64,000 bases of DNA from positions 177,979-241,978 of the IMG/VR virus record IMGVR_UViG_3300012952_003952. One strand, written 5' to 3'. The DNA is from a virus (Duplodnaviria; Caudoviricetes). Below the pieces are notes generated by a model that worked only from the letters and a program-made list of their open reading frames with translations, made no database searches and was not told the DNA's origin. Below, one piece after another: positions 37,480-45,722 of this stretch. The translations under genes were made by a program, and so were the position numbers. The number at the start of each line of letters is the position of its first letter. The first letter of the stretch is position 1.

Positions 37480-38136
37480 ATGAATCCCATCTCTGTTAGA
37501 ATGACTCAGGGTGCACTCGCAAGAATGTCTGAGTTTCACGAGGCCATTAAAAATCTTTATGCAGCTCAAGGCTTAGAGTTTTTCGAAGATTTAGGCCGTA
37601 GAAATATTCTTATGTCTCGCCCACAAGAAAAATTCTTTGCCGAAGAGCTTAAAGAGAAATATCCGCTAGCTCATGCTGATGGAAAAACAGGTCAGCCAGA
37701 CATAATCGTCCCAGAGATCAGCAAAGAAATAGAGTGTAAAATTACTTCGAAGGGAAAATCTGGGAGCTGGAGCTTGCAAACAGATTACAATACTTTGAAA
37801 ACTAAGGGCAAACTAGACTACCTATACGTTCTTTGTAGTCCAGAATTTGAGAAATTCTCTGTTTTATATTTTGAGGGTCTTGACGTTTCTGATTTTAGAA
37901 ATCCTTCTCCTGGCTCTCGTGGTAAATCTCAAATGGTTCTCTGGAAAGCTATGAAGAAGTGCACTGTGCTGTGGGGAGGAGTAGAAAATTTAAGCGACCA
38001 AAATAGAGCTAAAGTAGAAGCTCTTTTAGCAGACGCTAAAAATATCGATAAACATTCTTTGAAAAAATTGATAAAAAGAAAAAAGTTTTGGAACACAACT
38101 CCAGATCGTTTTAGATTTGTTTTGGAGGAAATTTAA
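37480..38136 (+). CDS. PD-(D/E)XK nuclease-fold protein
   Basis: QPDIIV...KEIECK; upstream TATAAT (37450) and GAGGAG RBS. Confidence 0.6.
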   Translation: MNPISVRMTQGALARMSEFHEAIKNLYAAQGLEFFEDLGRRNILMSRPQEKFFAEELKEKYPLAHADGKTGQPDIIVPEISKEIECKITSKGKSGSWSLQTDYNTLKTKGKLDYLYVLCSPEFEKFSVLYFEGLDVSDFRNPSPGSRGKSQMVLWKAMKKCTVLWGGVENLSDQNRAKVEALLADAKNIDKHSLKKLIKRKKFWNTTPDRFRFVLEEI

Positions 38137-38576
38137 TGCAAAGATATGAAGTTGGATCAGTTTTGTACTTAATCCCTACTGGAAATTTTGTAGCAGTACC
38201 TGCTCAAGTAGTAGAAGAAGTAATCAGAAAATCTATTTCAGGAGAAAACATAGACTACTACATTGCAATACCGGGAAAAGAAAAGACAATTCTTTTAGAA
38301 AGTTTTGATGGAGACATCTTTCAAGACATATCTGACATAAGAGCTTATCTTTTAGAAATAGCAACATCTAAAGTTAGAGAATTAGTAGACAACGCAGAAA
38401 AAGTTGCAAAAGCTAGTTTTGAATCTTTCGAGAAACCAGAACCAAAACCATCATCGAAAAAGCCGCGTCGTAAAAAAGCTACAAAAAAATCTAGTGATCA
38501 TGCTGAAGTAGATTTGGGGAATGGACAAAGCGCTAAAATAGTAGTGAATGACGAACTTAAGGAGTTGCTCTCATGA
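38136..38576 (+). CDS. Hypothetical protein
   Basis: TAATG-coupled ORF. Confidence 0.6.
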   Translation: MQRYEVGSVLYLIPTGNFVAVPAQVVEEVIRKSISGENIDYYIAIPGKEKTILLESFDGDIFQDISDIRAYLLEIATSKVRELVDNAEKVAKASFESFEKPEPKPSSKKPRRKKATKKSSDHAEVDLGNGQSAKIVVNDELKELLS

Positions 38577-39385
38577 TATTAGTTCTAGATGCTTATAATC
38601 TTATACACAGAGCGAGGTGGTCGCCTATGGGCAAAGCTTATTCTGGAAACGGGATGACTTTTTCTTTTTTTCGCTCTCTTAAAGCTCTTGTTGAAAAGTT
38701 TGATCCTGATAAAGTCTATCTAGTTTTAGAAGGACACCCAAAGCTGAGACACGAAGCCACTTCAGATTATAAAGGCACTAGAGGAAAAATAGAAGACGAA
38801 TCTTTTCACGAGCAAAAAGAAGATATAATCTCTTTATGCCGTAGCGCTCTTCCAATTACTATTATACGACACCCTGAATTCGAGTGTGACGACGTCATCG
38901 GGTTTCTAACCAGGCAGAGACATGTCAGTGAAAAGTGCACTATAGTATCTACCGATACAGACTTCATTCAACTTTTAACAAACCCCAACACCAGTCTCTA
39001 TAACCCAGTTAAAAAGAAATATATCAACCCAACGCCATTTAACTATGTTCAGTGGAAAGCCCTCCGCGGAGACTCCGCTGATAACATCCATGGATTCAAG
39101 GGAATCGGCGACAAGAGAGCTACTAAGCTTTTAGAAAACAGAGAATCTTTATATGAGTTTTTAGATTCTGCAGACAATAGAGAAAAATTTGCTAAAAACT
39201 GTTTTCTTATTAGTCTACATGATTACATTTTAACTACTAAGATAGAACTTCTTGAAGAAAGTAGTTCTGGTTTCGACTGGAAAGGCTGTAGAAAATTCTT
39301 CCAAGAAAGAGAATTTGGATCAATGCTTAACACAGTATACTCAACACAATTCAAGAAAGTCTTTTCAAACGTGGAGAATAAATGA
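38573..39385 (+). CDS. 5'-3' exonuclease / flap endonuclease (PolI 5' nuclease, T4 RNase H-like)
   Basis: VLDAYNLIHRA, YKGTR, ECDDVIG, STDTDFIQL, LRGDSADNIHGFKGIGDKRA. Confidence 0.92.
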   Translation: MILVLDAYNLIHRARWSPMGKAYSGNGMTFSFFRSLKALVEKFDPDKVYLVLEGHPKLRHEATSDYKGTRGKIEDESFHEQKEDIISLCRSALPITIIRHPEFECDDVIGFLTRQRHVSEKCTIVSTDTDFIQLLTNPNTSLYNPVKKKYINPTPFNYVQWKALRGDSADNIHGFKGIGDKRATKLLENRESLYEFLDSADNREKFAKNCFLISLHDYILTTKIELLEESSSGFDWKGCRKFFQEREFGSMLNTVYSTQFKKVFSNVENK

Positions 39386-39570
39386 AGAATTTAACTGAAG
39401 AAATTTTATCTGCTTTAAGAGAGAAAGGCTTTATTTCTGAGAATGAAATAGCCTATAAACAAGGTGATCTTTTAATAGCTGAAAACGTAATATCTAATCA
39501 AAAAAGAAAATTAGAGAATGTTCCGACGTCTTTGATTGAAGGTTCTGCACCAAGAATTCTAAAGGGTTAA
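39382..39570 (+). CDS. Hypothetical protein
   Basis: GGAG RBS, ATGA overlap. Confidence 0.55.
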   Translation: MKNLTEEILSALREKGFISENEIAYKQGDLLIAENVISNQKRKLENVPTSLIEGSAPRILKG

Positions 39571-39574
39571 ATCT

Positions 39575-41185
39575 ATGAGCATAAACAAGACTTTAATGTT
39601 TGATGGGGCTGCTCGTGGAGAAATACTTTCCGGAGTAGATATTATTGCTAATGCTGTAAAGAGCACGATGGGACCTAACGGGCAAACAGTAGTAATTGAA
39701 AGAGCTGGACTTCCTCCGATCTTAACTAAAGATGGAGTCACAGTAGCTCACGCAATCAACTTGAGAGACAAGTTTAAAAATCTTGGCGTTCAAATGGTCA
39801 AACAAGCTGCTGCTAGAACTGCAGAAGAAGCTGGAGATGGAACCACTACGTCTACAGTGCTTACTCATAAATTAACTTCGGAGGGAGTGAAACTAATTTC
39901 AGCAGGTTATAAAAGTTCTGAAGTCCGAGAAGGAATGCTTTGGGCTACTGAGAAAGTACTTAAAGATTTAGAAGACAGCGCACGCCCAGTCACTGAAGAC
40001 GAAGAAATAATCAACATTGGGACTATATCAGCTAATGGAGACAGGAAAATTGGCGATCTTTTGTTAGAGGCGATGAAATCTGTCGGACCAGACGGCGTAA
40101 TTTCTATAGAAGAAGCAAAAGGCTTTAGCACGAGCTTGGACACCGTGGACGGATTCCAGCTAGACAGAGGTTATATTTCTCCGTATTTTGTTACAAACCA
40201 CGATCGCTTAAGCGTTGAGTTTTCTAATCCTAGAATTTTGCTAGCTAACAAAACTATATCTAATGTTACAGAAATGCTGCCTCTTCTAGAGCAAGCTCAC
40301 AAAAATTCTATTCCTTTAGTTATAATCGCGAACGATGTCGATGGAGACGCTCTCAAAGCTTTAGTAGTCAATAATTCAAAGGGCGTAGTTAAAGTTTGCG
40401 TTATTCGAGCTCCAGAGTTCGGAGACGGGAGAGTAGATAGTATGAATGACCTTTCTCTTCTGTTCGACACAAGCGTAGTTTTCTCCGGAGAAGAATTGCC
40501 GCAAAATATAGAAGATCTTGGTACATGCGAAAGATTAGAAGTTTTTAGATCTCGTTCTGTCTTCGTCAATCCAGTGTGTACACAAGAGTCTTTAGAAGAT
40601 AGATGCCAAGCTATTCAAGAGATGTTAGTTTCTCCAGAAACTGAATTGAATCAAAAGATGCTGTTGGGTCGTAGGCTAAGTAGACTGCAGGGCGGAATTG
40701 CCGTGATAAGAGTTGGCGGTCACACTGAACTAGAACTTAAAGAAAGAAAAGATAGAGTAGAAGACGCTCTCCACGCTACCCAGGCAGCTGCAGCTAAGGG
40801 TATTTTACCAGGGGGAGGAATTGCTCTTATAAGATCTTCAAGAAATTTATTAGAAGACAAGAATTTAGAAAATCAAAGTAGAGATTTTATAGCTGGAGTT
40901 CAAGCAGTTTCTCTGTCTTGCGAAGCTCCACTCCGCCAAATTGTAGAGAATTCTGGCGGAGCTCCAGATGTAGTGTTTAATAGAGCAACTAACCCTGAAG
41001 AGCCTGACGAAGGATATGATGCACGAAAAAATGAGTTTGTGAATATGTATAAACAGGGAATTATTGATCCGTACAGCGTTGTGAGTGCCGCTCTGAAAAA
41101 TGCGTGCTCTGCTGCTACTTCGATAATCTCTATCGGTTGCGCGATGATAGAAGAAGATTCTGAAGGAATAGATAAATTAATTTAG
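39575..41185 (+). CDS. groEL: Chaperonin GroEL homologue
   Basis: TMGPNG, TKDGVTVA, AGDGTTT, SANGD, FDRG-like LDRGYISPYF, APEFGD, KDRVEDAL, GGGIAL, GIIDP; no GGM tail. Confidence 0.95.
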   Translation: MSINKTLMFDGAARGEILSGVDIIANAVKSTMGPNGQTVVIERAGLPPILTKDGVTVAHAINLRDKFKNLGVQMVKQAAARTAEEAGDGTTTSTVLTHKLTSEGVKLISAGYKSSEVREGMLWATEKVLKDLEDSARPVTEDEEIINIGTISANGDRKIGDLLLEAMKSVGPDGVISIEEAKGFSTSLDTVDGFQLDRGYISPYFVTNHDRLSVEFSNPRILLANKTISNVTEMLPLLEQAHKNSIPLVIIANDVDGDALKALVVNNSKGVVKVCVIRAPEFGDGRVDSMNDLSLLFDTSVVFSGEELPQNIEDLGTCERLEVFRSRSVFVNPVCTQESLEDRCQAIQEMLVSPETELNQKMLLGRRLSRLQGGIAVIRVGGHTELELKERKDRVEDALHATQAAAAKGILPGGGIALIRSSRNLLEDKNLENQSRDFIAGVQAVSLSCEAPLRQIVENSGGAPDVVFNRATNPEEPDEGYDARKNEFVNMYKQGIIDPYSVVSAALKNACSAATSIISIGCAMIEEDSEGIDKLI

Positions 41186-41190
41186 TTTTC

Positions 41191-41220
41191 TGTAAAATTG
41201 TGCCAGTTTTGTGGTATAAT
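41191..41220 (+). promoter_or_regulatory. Promoter TGTAAA-N18-TATAAT upstream of the sigma operon
   Basis: TGTAAA 41191-41196, TATAAT 41215-41220. Confidence 0.65.
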
Positions 41221-41246
41221 AGGAGTATAAGTTAAAGGAGTGGCTT

Positions 41247-41507
41247 GTGAAAAGACAAAGACAGCATAATTCTGAAAGAGACATTGCGTATCTTTCAGAG
41301 TACGAAGTGCAAAGACGATACGATTCTCTTGTGAGATTGATTCAGGGGCGAGGTTTTTCTAGAGATAAGAAGATAAAACTAGAAATAGATGCTTGTTATA
41401 TCTGGAGAGAGCTGGAGCATCGCAAAACTAGAAAGACAATGCACGCAGAGTATCTTAAAAAATTCAACAAAAACAGACGCTACCGTGGAGGGCGCAAAAA
41501 TGGCTGA
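41247..41507 (+). CDS. Hypothetical basic protein
   Basis: AAGGAG RBS, GTG start. Confidence 0.6.
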   Translation: MKRQRQHNSERDIAYLSEYEVQRRYDSLVRLIQGRGFSRDKKIKLEIDACYIWRELEHRKTRKTMHAEYLKKFNKNRRYRGGRKNG

Positions 41508-42258
41508 TTTGGCATCGTACTTCGAACAAGTAGGAAAAACCGCACTTTTAACAAAAGAGCAAGAAGTCCAACTTTCTCAAAGGATTGAACAAGGAGACAG
41601 GCAAGCTAGGGATCATATGATTCAAGCAAATCTTCGGCTTGCTATTTCTATTGCTAAAAAATATCAGAATTCTGGTTGCTCATTAGAAGACCTTATCCAG
41701 GAATCTAGCATGGGCCTTATTAAAGCAGTTGATCGATTCGACTGGCGAAAGGGTTTTAAGTTCTCCACTTATGCATGCTGGTGGATTAAGCAAGCTGTAA
41801 GAAAGCACGTTGCTTCTCATTCTGGTTCTATTAAACTTCCAACGCATGCAAAAAACCTGCTTTGGAAAGTGAAGGTGGTTTCTGATGAATATGAAGAAGA
41901 GTTTGGTTCTAGACCTTCAATAGAAGAATTGTCTGATTTGTTAAGCGTAAAGAAAGAAACTCTAGATTCTATTATGATGAGTTCTCGATGGACTCTTTCT
42001 CTTGACAAAGAAGTTGGAAATAGAGAAGAAGGTTCAGGTCGAACCTTGAAAGAAATCATTCCAGATGATAAAGAGTCGTTTGAACTCAGTCTAGATAAAT
42101 CTAAGATTTCAAAGATTATCCGCGATGCGTTTTGCCAACTAACACCTCGCGAAGAAAAAGTTTTGAGACTCAGGTTTGGAATTGACGAAGTTCCAGGTTC
42201 TCAAGAGCAGTTTTTTTTGTCTAATGAAGAATACAAAACTATTAAGAAGGGAGAATAA
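41500..42258 (+). CDS. RpoD-like sigma70-family factor lacking region 4.2
   Basis: Region 1.2 LASYFEQVG..ALLT.EQE; region 2 NLRLAISIAKKY..DLIQE..GLIKAVDRFD..GFKFSTYACWWIKQA; ends after LTPREEKVLRLRFGI. Confidence 0.92.
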   Translation: MADLASYFEQVGKTALLTKEQEVQLSQRIEQGDRQARDHMIQANLRLAISIAKKYQNSGCSLEDLIQESSMGLIKAVDRFDWRKGFKFSTYACWWIKQAVRKHVASHSGSIKLPTHAKNLLWKVKVVSDEYEEEFGSRPSIEELSDLLSVKKETLDSIMMSSRWTLSLDKEVGNREEGSGRTLKEIIPDDKESFELSLDKSKISKIIRDAFCQLTPREEKVLRLRFGIDEVPGSQEQFFLSNEEYKTIKKGE

Positions 42259-42261
42259 AAA

Positions 42262-42540
42262 ATGAGTATGCCGAAAGGATATCAAAGTGAGCTTGGTTAT
42301 GCCACCGTTTCAGGCGATGAAGGGTGCATGGGCTATAGAGAAATTGCTGAGAAGATGACAGGCGAGGGAGATAAAATGAATCACTCTACTGCCCGCAACG
42401 TTTTTCTTAGGGCTATGGAAAAACTAGCGAATCCAGTATGCCAGCTTTACGGAAAAAATGATTCTGTAGCAATGGCTAGAGACCCAAGATTTCAGTCTTG
42501 TATGCAAGAAATTATTGAAGATCTCGGGATTGATATTTAA
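42262..42540 (+). CDS. Stand-alone sigma region 4.2-like helix-turn-helix protein
   Basis: MGYREIAEKM....MNHSTARNVFLRAMEKL resembles T/S-L-x-EIG....TRERVRQI..KAL.KL; own GGAG RBS. Confidence 0.6.
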   Translation: MSMPKGYQSELGYATVSGDEGCMGYREIAEKMTGEGDKMNHSTARNVFLRAMEKLANPVCQLYGKNDSVAMARDPRFQSCMQEIIEDLGIDI

Positions 42541-42561
42541 TATAAGAAGCGTGGAGGAATC

Positions 42562-42972
42562 ATGGCTGTAAGTTGGGAATTTTTTTCTGGTCGTAGATCA
42601 GTTACTTTGAGAGAAATATTAGAAGCGGAAAACATCACTTGTTACGAAGAGCTTTTTTTAAAGCTTAAACACATGGGAGTAGAAGCTCCGCCAGAAAAAA
42701 CTTTGGCTTGGATGTTTAATGAAAAAGCTGATAAAATAAAAATTCCAAATGATCCCTCTGCATCGATGGACGATTTGGTAGAAGCAAAAAAAGAAATAGA
42801 TCAAATAATCGCAGATGGCGATCCAGACGCGCTAGTTCCAGATTTGCACTTGCCAGCTCAGCCCGGCATAAACAAAGCCGCCGTACCTGGATCTAAAGCA
42901 GCGCAATCTAAGACTGCTGCGCCAAGAAAGAGGAGGAGTGCAAGAAAGCCAAGTAAAGCAAAGGCAAAATAA
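42562..42972 (+). CDS. Hypothetical protein with basic tail
   Basis: GGAGG RBS. Confidence 0.6.
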   Translation: MAVSWEFFSGRRSVTLREILEAENITCYEELFLKLKHMGVEAPPEKTLAWMFNEKADKIKIPNDPSASMDDLVEAKKEIDQIIADGDPDALVPDLHLPAQPGINKAAVPGSKAAQSKTAAPRKRRSARKPSKAKAK

Positions 42973-43214
42973 TGGATTTATCCCTTCCGCACGGAGCTGT
43001 AATAGACGACCAAAATCAGCTTATAACTGTTAACTTAGGAAGAATACAACTGAGTTTTTCTTTTGAAGAGTGGGAAGAGTTTATAGGGATGATATCAGAT
43101 ATAGACACCGTTGTTCAATCGAATGTAACGGCTGAAGGATATACATGCCCTTCTTGTGGCACTCAAAAAGTTTTTTATGATTATCAACAACCAGATGAAG
43201 ACGAATATAATTGA
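42972..43214 (+). CDS. Hypothetical protein
   Basis: TAATG-coupled; single CPSC motif. Confidence 0.55.
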   Translation: MDLSLPHGAVIDDQNQLITVNLGRIQLSFSFEEWEEFIGMISDIDTVVQSNVTAEGYTCPSCGTQKVFYDYQQPDEDEYN

Positions 43215-43415
43215 AAATAGCGGAATGTTAGTTAAGCTCAAGCCGGGTAGATATGTCTTGAGTGGAGAGCATTCTGGAGATTCTGCGTTTGTAAATCTAA
43301 AAGAATCTAGAGAAGCTATAATACTAGAAGATCTCGGTGGCCGTGACTCGGCATATCTTTCTTTGTTAGACAGCAAAGTTATAATAGTTTGGCAAGACCA
43401 ATTTGAGAAATTATA

Positions 43416-43598
43416 GTGTCGCTAGAGAAATTAATTCCAGACATTGTACTTCAAATTGCAATAGGAGTTAATTACGCCCTTATTTTACTTGGTGCTTATT
43501 TGGGAGAGCCAGATTTAATCTTGCTACCCATTTTTTCTATAGGCTGTTGTGCCCTACCTCTTTGGATTAGAAAAAAACAAAAAGATGATAAAAAGTAG
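43416..43598 (+). CDS. Small membrane protein
   Basis: Two hydrophobic helices; GTG start. Confidence 0.5.
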   Translation: MSLEKLIPDIVLQIAIGVNYALILLGAYLGEPDLILLPIFSIGCCALPLWIRKKQKDDKK

Positions 43599-43634
43599 AT
43601 TTTTTTGATATAATCTACTTAAACAGGAGAATGT

Positions 43635-44309
43635 ATGGCTTATAGAAAAGTGCTTCAGTGGCCTGACGAAAGGCTTCAGAAAAAATCTGAAAATGTCGTG
43701 CAAGAAGACGATTCTATTATGTCTCTTATGAATGACATGATAGACACTCTTAAAATAGAAAGAGGGGCGGGGCTAGCAGCTCCACAAATTGGATTTAATC
43801 AAAATGTTGTTGTTTTAGATTTAGGAGAAATGGAATCTCCCTCTGGAATCACTCAGAAGCTTTCTGATGAATTAGTGGACGAAAGATATTGGTTCCTATT
43901 GAATCCAAAGTTGGATACTTCGAGGGAGACTCAGAGCTGGTCAGAGGGTTGTTTATCTGTTCCCTGGGTTAGTGAAGATGTAGAAAGACATTCTGCATGC
44001 ACAGTAAACTATATGACTTTAGATTTTAAAGCAAAATCGATTAGCCTTGGTTGGCCACTCTCAGGTGCAATTCAGCATGAGTGCGACCATCTAGACGGTG
44101 TTCTTTTTTTAGATAGATTAAGTCGCTTAAAATCTAGCAGGCTAAAAAAGTCTATTACTAAAAAGAGAAAAAAGATAGAATCATACAAAGAAAATCTCTT
44201 GAGCGATCCTGAAGAAAAGAAGATAGGAAAAAAGAAGAAGAATTCTCATATTGGAAAAAAAGAGCTTCAAAAAAGAAGAACTACAAGGCGTAGATCTGGA
44301 AGAAAATAG
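43635..44309 (+). CDS. def: Peptide deformylase with basic C-terminal extension
   Basis: GAGLAAPQIG, EGCLS, QHECDHLDG. Confidence 0.95.
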   Translation: MAYRKVLQWPDERLQKKSENVVQEDDSIMSLMNDMIDTLKIERGAGLAAPQIGFNQNVVVLDLGEMESPSGITQKLSDELVDERYWFLLNPKLDTSRETQSWSEGCLSVPWVSEDVERHSACTVNYMTLDFKAKSISLGWPLSGAIQHECDHLDGVLFLDRLSRLKSSRLKKSITKKRKKIESYKENLLSDPEEKKIGKKKKNSHIGKKELQKRRTTRRRSGRK

Positions 44310-44397
44310 GTCCATTTTAAAATTATTTTGATTTTTTTTGAAAAAAACTGAATAAAATGGGCCCTTCATACGGCTAATAGACAGCAGGAGGAAAAAA

Positions 44398-44685
44398 ATG
44401 ACTGCTTTAATTTTGGTAGGAACACTATTTTTGGGTGGAAACGAAGCCCATGCGCATAACGCGCGACACAACCATAGACCACCAGCCACACAAGTTCAAA
44501 TTAATTTTCACTGGGTTTGGGTAAATGGTCATTGGTCTCACGGAAGCTGGGTGAAGGGACATTGGTCTAGACGACCAGGGCATCATCCTCGTGCCCATCA
44601 GCATGATATGCGCTGGATTCCTGGACACTACGAGGGTAGAGGGCCACGTAGGCACTGGGTACCAGGCCACTGGAAGCGTAAGTAA
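44398..44685 (+). CDS. Secreted His/Trp-rich protein with W-x-x-G-H-W repeats (YXWGXW-like)
   Basis: Signal peptide; WVNGHW, WVKGHW, WIPGHY, WVPGHW. Confidence 0.7.
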   Translation: MTALILVGTLFLGGNEAHAHNARHNHRPPATQVQINFHWVWVNGHWSHGSWVKGHWSRRPGHHPRAHQHDMRWIPGHYEGRGPRRHWVPGHWKRK

Positions 44686-44713
44686 ACCAGTCGGCGTTAT
44701 ACTTAATTGCGTT

Positions 44714-44965
44714 ATGACTACGCAAGAAATTGAAACCAACAGATTTTTTCGATACTGTTTAAGACGGTATCAATCCTTCGGTCCTTCTCAGCTAGAAAAG
44801 GCAAAGCTAAGCCTTATTTCAAGAATGACAGATAATACGGGATGGGGATCAGAAATTTTTTGGGAATTGTTCGAAGATCTTGTGAAAAATAATGATTGGT
44901 CTGAAGCACAAGTATGCGCCTACTTTGAAGTTTGCAGTATTGGAGAGCTAGAAGTAGAGGTATAA
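44714..44965 (+). CDS. Hypothetical protein
   Basis: ATG 44714 (MTTQEIE) preferred over the upstream frame extension. Confidence 0.5.
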   Translation: MTTQEIETNRFFRYCLRRYQSFGPSQLEKAKLSLISRMTDNTGWGSEIFWELFEDLVKNNDWSEAQVCAYFEVCSIGELEVEV

Positions 44966-45127
44966 GAAATTATGAAAATGAGAATAAGAGACTATATTAT
45001 AATCTCGGTTTTTACTACTGGGATATTTGTTGGGTGCTTTAAGTTAACAATGTTTTTGGGAGATTTCCTTGGAACTTTTACTTACTGAGTGTATATTTAT
45101 CGACACGGCCAAGGGGTAAAGATTACA

Positions 45128-45322
45128 ATGAGTGAAGAATTAATAGAGTACGCAGTCTACAATCGCCAATATAGTAGAGAAGCTGCAGAAGAAATTTCAA
45201 ATTATGGAATTTGCGAACTTTTAAAATACGTAGATTACCCTACAGCATTAGTTATCTTAGAGAGAGCTCAGACCGGTCTTCAGCGCGCTCAGCACACTCT
45301 TAACATGTTTGGTAGAAAATAG
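45128..45322 (+). CDS. Hypothetical protein
   Basis: ORF from MSEELIEY. Confidence 0.45.
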   Translation: MSEELIEYAVYNRQYSREAAEEISNYGICELLKYVDYPTALVILERAQTGLQRAQHTLNMFGRK

Positions 45323-45371
45323 TTAGTACGATTTTATCCGACTGATTATAATCTTTCAGAGGTTATAGCTA

Positions 45372-45698
45372 ATGAAGTTTAAGTTGGATCATATTGCTCT
45401 AAACTGCAGATCGATTTCAAATTCAGTTGATTGGTACGTTGAGAATTTTGATGCTCAAATAATACATTTCGACGGCACTTGGGCGATGTTAGAAATCGGC
45501 GGCCAAAGAGTCGCTTTGACTGTACCGAACCAACATAAACCTCATATAGCATTCTGCGTAGATTCTTTTGACGATTTTCCTGAAGGTGTAGAGATTAAAA
45601 CCCATAGAGATGGCAGCATGTATCACTATATGGAAGACCCAGACGGTAATGTAATTGAATATATCTATTGGCCAAAACAAACACTGGCTGACGAATAA
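45372..45698 (+). CDS. VOC/glyoxalase-family protein
   Basis: LDHIAL, WYVENF, HIAF, YMEDPDGNVIE. Confidence 0.85.
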   Translation: MKFKLDHIALNCRSISNSVDWYVENFDAQIIHFDGTWAMLEIGGQRVALTVPNQHKPHIAFCVDSFDDFPEGVEIKTHRDGSMYHYMEDPDGNVIEYIYWPKQTLADE

Positions 45699-45722
45699 TT
45701 AATTGTAGTTGGGAGATTGTCC

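Noticed and set aside
41389-41499. N-terminal extension of the sigma factor from the ORF track
   Set aside because: It overlaps the 41247-41507 gene and has no sigma similarity; ATG 41500 has a GGAGG RBS and begins region 1.2.
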